Positions 25,082 through 33,787 of a stretch of 64,000 bases of DNA are shown here, in pieces. Under the pieces are notes generated by a model that saw only the letters and a program-made list of their open reading frames with translations, searched no databases and was not told the DNA's origin. The position numbers and the translations under genes are program-made. Origin of the DNA: an uncultured Verrucomicrobiota bacterium (lineage in GTDB: Bacteria; Verrucomicrobiota; Kiritimatiellia; RFP12; UBA1067); assembly GCA_946613265.1 (NCBI GenBank), contig CAMOFK010000003.1, forward strand, positions 24,790 to 88,789. The letters are read 5' to 3'. How positions within the stretch are numbered: position 1 is the stretch's first letter; every line of letters starts with the position of its first letter.

Positions 25082-26299
25082 CTACGCCGTCGCCGCGGCG
25101 CCATCGACAGCTTTCGCGATGCGCGCGGCGAGCGCGGGCAGAGCGGGATCGCGCGCGCCGCAGACGGCGAACGCCGCGAAGTTGCCGGTGCGCTGCCGTA
25201 TCCATGAATACGCCGCCTCGTGATCGGCCACTTGGATGGCGACACCGGGCTTGAGAAGCGCGGCGAGATCGTCCGAAGAGACACTGCGGTCCGCCGTGCC
25301 CCCGGCGTCATAGACGGGAAGAAGCAGGAGCTTGTCGCGCTCGCGCACGATTTCATTGAATGCGTCTGCGAAGTCGTGCATCATCTTGCGGAGCGGCGCG
25401 TAGCCGTGCGGCCGCCATACGACGCAGAGGCCGCCGCCGGGATGCGCGGCGGCAAGCGCCTCCCACATCGCGCGAAGCTTCTCCGGATTGTGCGCGTAGT
25501 CGTCATAGACGCGCGCGCCGTAGCGCTCCAGGCGCCTCTCGACGCCGCGAAAAGTCGCAAGAGCCGCTTGCGCGCGCGCGGCGTCGCAACCGAGCGCGCG
25601 CGCCATCGCGAGCGCGAGCGCGGCATTGGCGCGATTGTGCCGGCCTGGCATCGGGACGTCGGCGAGGCCGTAGTCCTTGCGGCGGCCATCTACGACCGGG
25701 CCTTCGAGGCCGGCTGTGAACTCGTCGAAGACGCGATCCATCTCGTCTTTCGAGTAATGGTCGGACGAGGAATTCGTGACGATCGCGGCGTATGGATGGA
25801 AGGCGACGAGCGACTTGTCGCTTTCATCGACTTCCGCGACGGCGAAAGCGCCGCGCCCGAAGCGGACCGCGCCTTCCCATCCGGGGACGTTCGCGCCGTT
25901 CACGCAAAGCGGATCCATACCGCATTCGGCGAGGATGTGGCCGAGCATCGCCGTGACGGTGGATTTCCCGCACGTCCCTACGACTGCCACGAGGCGGCGG
26001 TCGGAAAGCGCGCGCGCCAGCGCGACTGCGCGGTGCGTCACGGGAATCCCGAAATCGCGCGCCGCGGCGAGCGCCGGGTTGTCGCTCTCGATCGCGGTGG
26101 AGACGATCACTTCATCGACAGTGCCATCGACGCCGCTGCCGTCGTCCGGCCTGCACGGAATGCCGAGGGACTCGAGAAAGCGGATGTTTTTCGTATCCAG
26201 CGTGCGATCCGCCCCCGTGACTTCGTCGCCGAGGTTTATTAGAGTGACGGCGAGCGCGCTCATTCCCACGCCGCCTATGCCGACAAGATGCCTTTTCAT
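25082..26299 (-). CDS. Mur ligase family enzyme, MurC/Mpl-like
   Basis: HLVGIGGVGMSALA N-terminal Rossmann fold, VVGTCGKSTV P-loop, DDYAHNPEK. At 405 aa it is somewhat short for MurC. Confidence 0.7.
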   Translation of the reverse strand: MKRHLVGIGGVGMSALAVTLINLGDEVTGADRTLDTKNIRFLESLGIPCRPDDGSGVDGTVDEVIVSTAIESDNPALAAARDFGIPVTHRAVALARALSDRRLVAVVGTCGKSTVTAMLGHILAECGMDPLCVNGANVPGWEGAVRFGRGAFAVAEVDESDKSLVAFHPYAAIVTNSSSDHYSKDEMDRVFDEFTAGLEGPVVDGRRKDYGLADVPMPGRHNRANAALALAMARALGCDAARAQAALATFRGVERRLERYGARVYDDYAHNPEKLRAMWEALAAAHPGGGLCVVWRPHGYAPLRKMMHDFADAFNEIVRERDKLLLLPVYDAGGTADRSVSSDDLAALLKPGVAIQVADHEAAYSWIRQRTGNFAAFAVCGARDPALPALAARIAKAVDGAAATA

Positions 26300-26433
26300 C
26301 AGGAATACCCGAAAATCGTTGGAAGTTGTTGCGGTGCCGCGCAGGCGGGCGTCGCCGCAGTCCGGCGAAGTGCGCGCCCGCGCCGGGCGGCGTCAAGCGC
26401 CGCTTCGCCGCGGCAGGGTGCGCGCCTGGCGGC

Positions 26434-27192
26434 TCAAAGCGTGGCGCCGGGGAAGAACGTGCCGACGGAACGCCCGGCGAGCAATGCTTCCAGCACCGTG
26501 CGCCGCCCGTTTGCGATGTAGGTGTCGATGCCGCTGTTGACGGCTTCGCGGACGGCTTTCAGCTTGGAGTCCATCCCGCCCTTCGAGAGATTGCCCTTCT
26601 CGCCGGGCTTCACAAGCTTGCCGACATTGCGCAACGAATCGACGCGCGCGATGCGCTTGCCGTTTTCGTCAAGCAATCCATCCACGGTCGTGAGCAGGAC
26701 GAGCGCATCGGCGCGCACGAGCTTCGCGATCAGGCAGGAGAGCCAGTCGTTGTCGCCGAACGTCGAACCTTTCAACTCTTCGTCGGCGACGACGTCGTTC
26801 TCGTTGACGACCGGTATTATGCCCGTGCGCACGAGGTGCTCGAGCGAGGCCTTGACGTTCTTCGCCCGCCGGTGCTCCTCGAAATCGTAATGCGTCAGCA
26901 ACACCTGGCCGATCTTGACGCCGCGCTCGCCGAACAGCTTCTCGTAGCCGGCGATGAAGCGCGCCTGCCCTACGGCCGCGCACATCTGCACATCGTTCAA
27001 GTCGGAAGGACGCCCGGGCAGCCCCAGCGCCTCCACGCCGGCGGCGACCGCGCCGGACGATACAAAGACGACCTCGTTGCCGGCTTCGCGCAACGCGCAG
27101 AGCTGCGCCACAAGACGGCGGAGCGCCGCGTAATCCGGGCGCCCCGTCTTCTTCGCAATCGCGTGCGTGCCGACTTTTACGACGATCCGCAT
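26434..27192 (-). CDS. proB: Glutamate 5-kinase (no PUA domain)
   Basis: MRIVVKVGT...VVFVSSGAVAAG...IPVVNENDVV...FGDNDWLS. Confidence 0.85.
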   Translation of the reverse strand: MRIVVKVGTHAIAKKTGRPDYAALRRLVAQLCALREAGNEVVFVSSGAVAAGVEALGLPGRPSDLNDVQMCAAVGQARFIAGYEKLFGERGVKIGQVLLTHYDFEEHRRAKNVKASLEHLVRTGIIPVVNENDVVADEELKGSTFGDNDWLSCLIAKLVRADALVLLTTVDGLLDENGKRIARVDSLRNVGKLVKPGEKGNLSKGGMDSKLKAVREAVNSGIDTYIANGRRTVLEALLAGRSVGTFFPGATL

Positions 27193-27347
27193 CGGATTAA
27201 GAATTGTTGGTTGCGCGTCGCGCCGGCGCCGGAGGGGGCAAGCGGAAAGAGATGCGCTTTGCAGACGTCTCGCACTGCTTCGCCTGCGTCAGTCTCCATC
27301 CATCATGCGCCGCCCCAAACGCGCCGGCGGCGGAACGCGGTCTGCTC

Positions 27348-28196
27348 TCAGGCTCCGAGCTGGAGGCGGACAAAGCGCTTCACCGTGATCGGCGCGCCGC
27401 CGCATTCCTTCGAGACGTTCTGGAGATACTTCTCCACGGAAATCTCGCCATCGGCCACGTAGTCCTGCTTGAGGAGGCAGATCTGCGTGCAGAACTTCGC
27501 CGCCATGCCCTTCTTGATGCCGACGAGCGCCTGCTCCGGAGGGAGCTTGCCCTTCTGCTCCTTGAGGGCGTTGAGCTTGATTTCCAGCTCGGCGTCGATC
27601 TCCGCCTGGGGAACTTCCTCGGGCGTGATGTACTTCGGAGCGTTCGCCGCGATGTGCAGGCAGATCATGTGCGCCGCGTCGGCGAGCGCCTGCGAGGCCG
27701 CCGTCTTCTCGCACGGCGTGGCCAGCTCGACCAGCACGCCGATCTTGCCACCCATGTGGATGTAGCCGGAAAGCACGCCCGTGCCCTCGAGCACGAAACG
27801 CTCGCTGCGGCGGATCTTCACGTTCTCGCCGGTCTTGGTGAGGAGCATCTTGTAGTCGTCGCCGAGAGTCTGCTCGATGTCCTTGCCTTCGAGCGCCACC
27901 TTCGCAGCGTCATCGACGAACTTGACGAACGCCTCGGTCTTCGCGACGAAGTCGGTCTCGCAATTGACTTCCGCAAGCGCCATGGCCTTCTTGTCCGCGG
28001 CTTCGGCGAGAGCGATGATGCCCTGCTTGGACTCCTTGTCGACGCGCTTTGCCGCGACGGCCAAGCCCTTCTCGCGGAGATACTTGACGGCCTCTTCCAT
28101 GTTGCCGCCGGTTGCCGTGAGAGCTTCCTTGCAGGCGCCCATGCCGGCCGCCGTGGCTTCGCGAAGCTCCTTGATCTGCTGAATAGAAATCGCCAT
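27348..28196 (-). CDS. tsf: Translation elongation factor Ts
   Basis: IKELREATAAGMGACKEALTATGGNMEEAVKYLREKG...EVNCETDFVA. Confidence 0.95.
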   Translation of the reverse strand: MAISIQQIKELREATAAGMGACKEALTATGGNMEEAVKYLREKGLAVAAKRVDKESKQGIIALAEAADKKAMALAEVNCETDFVAKTEAFVKFVDDAAKVALEGKDIEQTLGDDYKMLLTKTGENVKIRRSERFVLEGTGVLSGYIHMGGKIGVLVELATPCEKTAASQALADAAHMICLHIAANAPKYITPEEVPQAEIDAELEIKLNALKEQKGKLPPEQALVGIKKGMAAKFCTQICLLKQDYVADGEISVEKYLQNVSKECGGAPITVKRFVRLQLGA

Positions 28197-28277
28197 TGTC
28201 TTCTACCTCGACTTTATGTATTTACGTTGCCAGAACGAATACGCCGGAGAAGCGCCGCGCGCCTCTCCGGCAATTTC

Positions 28278-29315
28278 TCACTCCGCCGCAGGGGCTTCTT
28301 CGGCCGCCGCGGGAGCCGCTTCGGCCGCAGGCGCCGCCTCGACAGCCGCCTGCGCCGCCTGCACGGCGGCCTGGCGCTTCGCGGCGAGATCCGCCTTCGC
28401 CTTCGTCTCCGCAGCTTCCTTCGCTGCGCGCGCCGCCGCCTTTACGCTCGCGGCGACGACCGTCTTCTTGGTGGCGCCGGCGGCCTTGCGTGCATCGCTG
28501 ACCTTGGCGCTCTTGGCGCGGCGCTCTGCGCGCGCGGCCCTCTCGGTTTCCTCGCGGGCCTTGCGATCGGCCTCGCGCTTGCGGTTCTCTTCGGCGGCGC
28601 GCGCGTTGTACTCGACTTCCGCGGCCTTCACGACATTCACGAAACCGCGCAGGATCAGCTCGACGCCGCGCACGGAATCGTCGTTGCCGGGCACGACATA
28701 GTCGATCGGCTCGGGGTCGGCGTTGGTATCGACGACGGCGACCACCGGAATGCCGAGGCGGACGGCTTCCTTGACGGCGTTCGCTTCCTTGACGACGTCG
28801 ATGATGACGACGGCGCCGGGCTGCTCGGCCATGTCGGCAATGCCGGTGAGGTTCTTCTCGAGCTTGTTAAGCTCGCGGCGGAGCATCGAAGCTTCCTGCT
28901 TGTGCTCGGAAAGCTCGCCGCCGTTGGCCTTGGCGATCGCCTGGAGCTGGCGCATGCGCTTCACGGAAGAACGGATGGTCTTGGAGTTCGTGAGCGTGCC
29001 GCCGAGCCAGCGCTCGGTGATGTAGAACTGGCTGATTTCCTGCGCGCAGTTTTTCACCATCTCGGAAATCTGCTTCTTCGTCGCGACGAAGAGAAGCTTC
29101 TTGCCCGCGAGGATCGTATCGCGGAGGAAGCCGGCCGCCTCGTCCAGAAGCTGGACGGACTGCGTCAAATCGATGATGTGAATTCCATTGCGCTTGTCGA
29201 AGATGTATCCTTTCATCTTCGGGTTCCAGCGCTTCGTCTGATGGCCGAAGTGAAGCCCGGCATCAAACATGTCCTTGAGCGTTACGCCCGTGAGGGCGGA
29301 AGTAGGCATTTCCAT
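28278..29315 (-). CDS. rpsB: 30S ribosomal protein S2 with ~100-aa Ala/Lys/Glu-rich C-terminal extension
   Basis: LHFGHQTKRWNPKM...ERWLGGTLTN...VVDTNADP. The tail begins around aa 245. Confidence 0.95.
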   Translation of the reverse strand: MEMPTSALTGVTLKDMFDAGLHFGHQTKRWNPKMKGYIFDKRNGIHIIDLTQSVQLLDEAAGFLRDTILAGKKLLFVATKKQISEMVKNCAQEISQFYITERWLGGTLTNSKTIRSSVKRMRQLQAIAKANGGELSEHKQEASMLRRELNKLEKNLTGIADMAEQPGAVVIIDVVKEANAVKEAVRLGIPVVAVVDTNADPEPIDYVVPGNDDSVRGVELILRGFVNVVKAAEVEYNARAAEENRKREADRKAREETERAARAERRAKSAKVSDARKAAGATKKTVVAASVKAAARAAKEAAETKAKADLAAKRQAAVQAAQAAVEAAPAAEAAPAAAEEAPAAE

Positions 29316-29424
29316 CTTTCTAGTTCCTTTATCCTTTATTATTCAGAACAATCCGCTTTGTCCAGGCATGGAACAACCCGGATCTTTCGCTTCCCCTCGC
29401 CCCACCTAGGGCAAAGTGATGCGT

Positions 29425-29433
29425 ATTATACCA
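29425..29433 (-). promoter_or_regulatory. Extended -10 promoter (TGGTATAAT) for rpsB-tsf
   Basis: The minus strand reads TGGTATAAT, about 110 nt upstream of ATG 29315. Confidence 0.5.
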
Positions 29434-29562
29434 TAGCCGTCTCTCTCCCGTCAACCCCCCAAACAACGATGAATTCGCGCTTTTTTCGCCGCTCGGCCCT
29501 CCCTTGGGCGCGAAAACGGCCACATATGAGGACGGCAGCGCTGCGCCGAGCCGGAAGACGGA

Positions 29563-29752
29563 GCGACTGGGGTCGCCCGCGAAAGCGACTGGAGTCGCGA
29601 GCGAAAGCGACTGGAGTCACGAGCGAAGGCGACTGGAGTCGCCAGCAAAGGCGACTAGGGTCGCCCGCAAAAGCGACTGGAGTCGCGAAGGCAGGTGACT
29701 GGAGTCGCCAGCGGAAGCGACTGGAGTCGCGAAAGGATGCGATAAATATCGC
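29563..29752. repeat. Tandem array, 22-bp period, 8 units of GCGACTGGAGTCGC + 8-nt spacer, plus terminal variant GCGATAAATATCGC
   Basis: Units run from 29563 to 29739 in exact 22-bp steps. Spacers are CCGCGAAA/GAGCGAAA/GAGCGAAG/CAGCAAAG and similar. Confidence 0.95.
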
Positions 29753-29782
29753 TGGAGCAGGCGTTCCCGGCGAGGGGGAAGC

Positions 29783-30655
29783 TCAAACGCAACGGAGGAG
29801 TTTGCGGAGCGGGAGATCGCGCTTCCACGCAAGGAGCGCCACCGGCCCGAAACGGGGATGGGCGGCGAGACGGCGCGCGGCGAAGACGAGGCGCCACATA
29901 TTCACCGCGACGGCGCGCTCGCGCGGGGAGAATTCCGGGCGCGCGAGCATCCGCTTGAAGACGACGAGCAAGCGGCGGCGGCGATAAGCGGAAAGTTTGG
30001 CCTTGTAAAAGCGGCGAATGACGATATACGCGAAATCCTGGCATGCCAGGCCGCGCGTTATAGCTTCGAGATCGAGGATTGCGCAGACTGCGTTGCCGTC
30101 AAAGAGGTAGTTTTCGTAGTGCTGATCGCCATGGATCGTCGCGAGGGCGTCCGCGGGATACGTGCGCAAGTCTTCCGGGATGTCCAGAAGGGCGCGGAGC
30201 CACGGCCGCATGAATGGATGGCGGCGCGCAAACTGCTCGATTTCGCGATAAGCGGCGGGCAAATCGCGCATTGCGACCATTTCATGGGACGGACGCAACG
30301 CGCTTTGGAGGCGGAGCGTGGCGGCGACGAGAGAATCGCATTGCGCGAGCGTCATTTCTTCCGGAGTGACATGGCGACCCTCCAGCCATTCCTGGCAGAC
30401 GATGCTGCGACCATCCTTCCACTCGAAAAGGTGCGGAATTTTCGGCACGAAGGGGAGATTCAGCTCCTCTAGCATGCGTTGCTGGCGCGCGCCCTTCGCG
30501 CTTTTCACGACCTTGACGAAGAAACGCTTCCCGTCCGGGAGGACGGCGCGAAAGACCGGCTTGGCCGAATGCGTCGCGAACGCCTCGAGCGCGAGCGCCG
30601 GCGAAAGGCGCGCGCGCAGCGCCTCTTCCAGCTCGCGATGCACGGCGGTGTTCAC
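29783..30655 (-). CDS. Aminoglycoside-phosphotransferase-like (APH/ChoK family) kinase
   Basis: GTG at 30655 (GTGA overlap with upstream stop). IHGDQHYENYLF...ILDLE is the Brenner/APH catalytic motif. Confidence 0.6.
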   Translation of the reverse strand: MNTAVHRELEEALRARLSPALALEAFATHSAKPVFRAVLPDGKRFFVKVVKSAKGARQQRMLEELNLPFVPKIPHLFEWKDGRSIVCQEWLEGRHVTPEEMTLAQCDSLVAATLRLQSALRPSHEMVAMRDLPAAYREIEQFARRHPFMRPWLRALLDIPEDLRTYPADALATIHGDQHYENYLFDGNAVCAILDLEAITRGLACQDFAYIVIRRFYKAKLSAYRRRRLLVVFKRMLARPEFSPRERAVAVNMWRLVFAARRLAAHPRFGPVALLAWKRDLPLRKLLRCV

Positions 30656-31647
30656 CGCCCCCCTTTCGCGGCGCGCTTCAAAATGAAACGCAGGCGGCCG
30701 CAGGAGACTGCGAAAAGCGTTTTCGCCCAATGCGCGCGGTAGATGTCGCGGGCGGCGATGGCGTACCACTTTTGCCAATCCTCCACCAGCCCCGCGGAAG
30801 CGAGCGCGGCGAACCAGCAGTCCGCCAGGCGGCATGTCGGGTCGAACCACGGCTTAATCTTCGTCGTGTAGTGGAGCTGCACGGCATCGGGCGAGGGCGG
30901 CGCGTCCGTCGCCAGAGGGGCATAGCGGCACACGCCCCACGGCAGGACCTCCGGGGGCGCGTCGAGCGCGAGATTGAACACATCCTGCTCCGGGAGCAGG
31001 AGGCGCCGCGCATTCGCCAGCGCGAACTCCACCCACTTGCCGACGGCGCCGCATGCGGCGATTTTGCCGAGGTCGTAGATTATGACGCCTGCGTTCAGCG
31101 TCATGCGCCGGCGCTCTTCCGGAGAATATTCGCGGAAATAGCGGCGCACTTTCTTTGCGCGGCCGGCCAGCGGCCCTTCGCCGCGCCAGCCGAAATACAT
31201 CGGCTCGGGAGCGCCGCCGACGCAGCCGGCGAACGAGAAATCGTGGAAGCGCGCGGCATCCGCGCAATAAACCGTATCGACATCGAGAGCGACGACGCGC
31301 CCTTCGTCCCCGAAAATCCGCGGCAGCAGCAGTTTCGAGAACAGCGCGTCGGAGTAGTGCGACTTGCGCGCGGCGAGTCCGCGCAGCCGCGCGGGCAGCG
31401 CGGGCGGCTCGCGATAGACGAGCCGCGCGTTCGCGAAGCCGCCGGTCGCGCGCTCCAGCAACCGGCGCGAAGCGTCGTCGAGATCGCCGGCGACGATATT
31501 CAATTCGTATAGCGCGTCGCGGCGCGTCGCGTGCGCCATGAGCGAATGCAGCGAGACGGCCGCCGGCAGCGCGTACGCACGGTCGAAGCAGAACGCGAAG
31601 CGCAGGACGCGCGGCGCTTCCCCTGCATTTGTCAAACCAGCCGCCAT
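30652..31647 (-). CDS. Glycosyltransferase family 8 (LPS galactosyl/glucosyltransferase-like)
   Basis: FAFCFDRAYALPAAVSLHSL...VVALDVDTV (DxD)...LNAGVIIYD. Confidence 0.65.
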   Translation of the reverse strand: MAAGLTNAGEAPRVLRFAFCFDRAYALPAAVSLHSLMAHATRRDALYELNIVAGDLDDASRRLLERATGGFANARLVYREPPALPARLRGLAARKSHYSDALFSKLLLPRIFGDEGRVVALDVDTVYCADAARFHDFSFAGCVGGAPEPMYFGWRGEGPLAGRAKKVRRYFREYSPEERRRMTLNAGVIIYDLGKIAACGAVGKWVEFALANARRLLLPEQDVFNLALDAPPEVLPWGVCRYAPLATDAPPSPDAVQLHYTTKIKPWFDPTCRLADCWFAALASAGLVEDWQKWYAIAARDIYRAHWAKTLFAVSCGRLRFILKRAAKGGR

Positions 31648-32522
31648 AGAGTCTTCAGGTCGAGGTCGGTCCACGTGAGCAAGCCGCGCGCGATGATATC
31701 CTTGAGGCCGCGCTGCGCCATCTCGCGCAGAGGCGCCGGGCATTTGCGCGCCTTGCCCATCAGCATCTTCGCGGCGACGGCGGCGCGCCTGCGGACGTCG
31801 CGCGCGCGCGCGTCATCCTTGAACAGGGCGGTCACATCCTCTATCCCTGTAAGATAGCCGCGGATCTTCTTTTCGCCGAACGGGCTGCGGATCGTCGATA
31901 CGCTCCCTGTATTATAATAGTAGAGCGGAACGGAGAAGCGCGCGTACTTTTCCGCCTTCGCGAACACTTTGACGAGATACGGCCAATCTTCGAAAGGATG
32001 CGAAAGAAAGCGGATCCCGCCAAGCGCGTCGCGCCGGTAGAGCTTGTTCCAGACGGCGGAAAAAACCCGCCTATCGCGCACGAACGCGCCGAAAGAGCAG
32101 ACGCGCGCGCGCGCCGCCGCCTCGAGAGCGCCGGCGCCCGGCGAAGGCGGCGTATTGCCGTCGAAGCGCGCATAGGCGGCATTCGCGGCGACAGGCGCGC
32201 CTGTCGCCGCGAGCGCGCGCATCATCGCTTCGATATAGCAAGGCGCGATGGCGTCGTCCGCATCGACGAACGTGAAATACTCGCCCTTGGCTTCATCGAG
32301 CGCGCGATTGCGCGCCCCTCCCTGGCCGGTATTCGCCTGGCGAATCAGGCGCACGCGGGCATCGCGCGCGGCGAACTCCTCGACGAGCTGCGCGGACGAG
32401 TCTTGCGAGCCATCGTCGATGCAAACGACTTCGAGGTCGCGGACGGTCTGGGCAAGCACGCTCTCCAGGCATCTGGAGAGATAGCCGGCCGCGTTGAAGA
32501 CGGGTATGATTACGGAAACCAT
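31632..32522 (-). CDS. Glycosyltransferase family 2
   Basis: ORF 31632-33290 trimmed to ATG 32522 (TGATG overlap). VSVIIPVFNAAGYLSRCLESV...CIDDGSQD...FVDADD. Confidence 0.8.
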   Translation of the reverse strand: MVSVIIPVFNAAGYLSRCLESVLAQTVRDLEVVCIDDGSQDSSAQLVEEFAARDARVRLIRQANTGQGGARNRALDEAKGEYFTFVDADDAIAPCYIEAMMRALAATGAPVAANAAYARFDGNTPPSPGAGALEAAARARVCSFGAFVRDRRVFSAVWNKLYRRDALGGIRFLSHPFEDWPYLVKVFAKAEKYARFSVPLYYYNTGSVSTIRSPFGEKKIRGYLTGIEDVTALFKDDARARDVRRRAAVAAKMLMGKARKCPAPLREMAQRGLKDIIARGLLTWTDLDLKTLWRLV

Positions 32523-33313
32523 CAGTTTTCCCGCGCTTGCGGCGGTTCCCAGAGTTCGCCCACCCACGGCGCCGGCAGCGTCCACGTGTTGAGGTGCTTG
32601 CCGCGATAGCCGCGTATCGCCTCTTCCGGAGACGGGTGGCCGTGGAAGCAGAGTATCGAAGTGTCGGGGTTGAACTTCGGCGCGAGAAAATGGTTGAGCG
32701 GCCACGGGCGCTGGCAGGAACGCTTGAAGGAACGCACGAAATCGTCCGGCCACCACGTGATGTTCTCGAGTCCCGCCGCGTAAGTCATATAGGCCTGCTC
32801 GGTGCGGAAGAACCGCTGGTCTTGCGCGCGCTCCAGCTCCGAAATCCACTTCTCGTAGATGTAGGCGCTCTTCTCGCCGGCTTCGAAACGGAAGCACGAG
32901 CTGTTGCCGATCTTCGGGGCGGGGCGGAAGAGCTTCTTGTGCCACTCTATCCAGTTGTGGATCATGCAGAAGCGGCCGGGCGCGAACTCGAAGAATTTGC
33001 CGAGGTCGCCCGTCACGATCTGGTCGATATCGAGAAACAGCGTCGGCCCGGAAAGCCCTGCGAAGCCGGGCTTGAACACCATGAGCTTGAGGTAGATTCC
33101 CGGCCAGCGCTTGTAGCGCGCATTCGGCTTCCAGCCCTCGGGGGCGGGAGGAATGGGCGCGGTCTCTATGCCGCCGGCGAGTCCGCTTGCGTCGTCGGTG
33201 GCGCAGACGAAGCGGAACGGGCCGGGCAGATGTCGCTTCACGCCGGCGTAGAGCCGGTTGACGTATTCCGGAGGATACAGCGTCCCCCACTTGAAACAGA
33301 GGATGTTGTTCAT
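32522..33313 (-). CDS. Putative glycosyltransferase of an uncharacterised family
   Basis: MNNILCFKWGTLYPPEYVNRLYAGVKRHL...FVCATDD pattern. Operon context with GT2 and GT8. Confidence 0.45.
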   Translation of the reverse strand: MNNILCFKWGTLYPPEYVNRLYAGVKRHLPGPFRFVCATDDASGLAGGIETAPIPPAPEGWKPNARYKRWPGIYLKLMVFKPGFAGLSGPTLFLDIDQIVTGDLGKFFEFAPGRFCMIHNWIEWHKKLFRPAPKIGNSSCFRFEAGEKSAYIYEKWISELERAQDQRFFRTEQAYMTYAAGLENITWWPDDFVRSFKRSCQRPWPLNHFLAPKFNPDTSILCFHGHPSPEEAIRGYRGKHLNTWTLPAPWVGELWEPPQAREN

Positions 33314-33352
33314 GGCAGAGGATTCATCGCCGGCGCGCAGGCGTCGCGGCGC

Positions 33353-33739
33353 CTAGGCGAGGGCTTGTTCGGCTTTGGCGTTGTCCGTGAAACGGAAGAT
33401 GAGTATCGCGGAGTCTCCGGCGCCGAGCGAATACGCATAGGAGTATTCGATATCCACGCCGGCCTTGTCGAGCTTTTCCATAAGCTCGGCCATGCCGCCG
33501 GGCCTGTCGGCGACTTTGACCATTACTACGTCCGTCTGGCGGACGGTGAAGCCCGCCTTCTCCAGGACCTCGCAGCCCTTTTCATGGTCATCGACGATCA
33601 TGCGCACGATGCCGAAGTCTGTCGTGTCGGCCAGCGAAAGGGTGGCGATGTTCACGCCGCTCTGCGCGAGCGCGCGGCACGCCGCCGCGAGCTGCCCGGG
33701 ACGGTTCTCGAGGAATATGCTTATTTGCTTGATAGTCAT
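33353..33739 (-). CDS. ACT-domain protein
   Basis: Two ACT-like halves (ISIFLENRPGQL..., VKVADRPGGM...). Usual partner of PaaK-type ligases. Confidence 0.7.
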   Translation of the reverse strand: MTIKQISIFLENRPGQLAAACRALAQSGVNIATLSLADTTDFGIVRMIVDDHEKGCEVLEKAGFTVRQTDVVMVKVADRPGGMAELMEKLDKAGVDIEYSYAYSLGAGDSAILIFRFTDNAKAEQALA

Positions 33740-33787
33740 GGCGGATAGAAGATTGCGTGTGGTGGTTGACCGGCGGACGGCGCCGCC

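Noticed and set aside
27204-29987. 927-aa plus-strand ORF
   Set aside because: It is antisense to tsf and rpsB, whose identities are unambiguous. It is Arg/Leu/Gly-rich with no domain.
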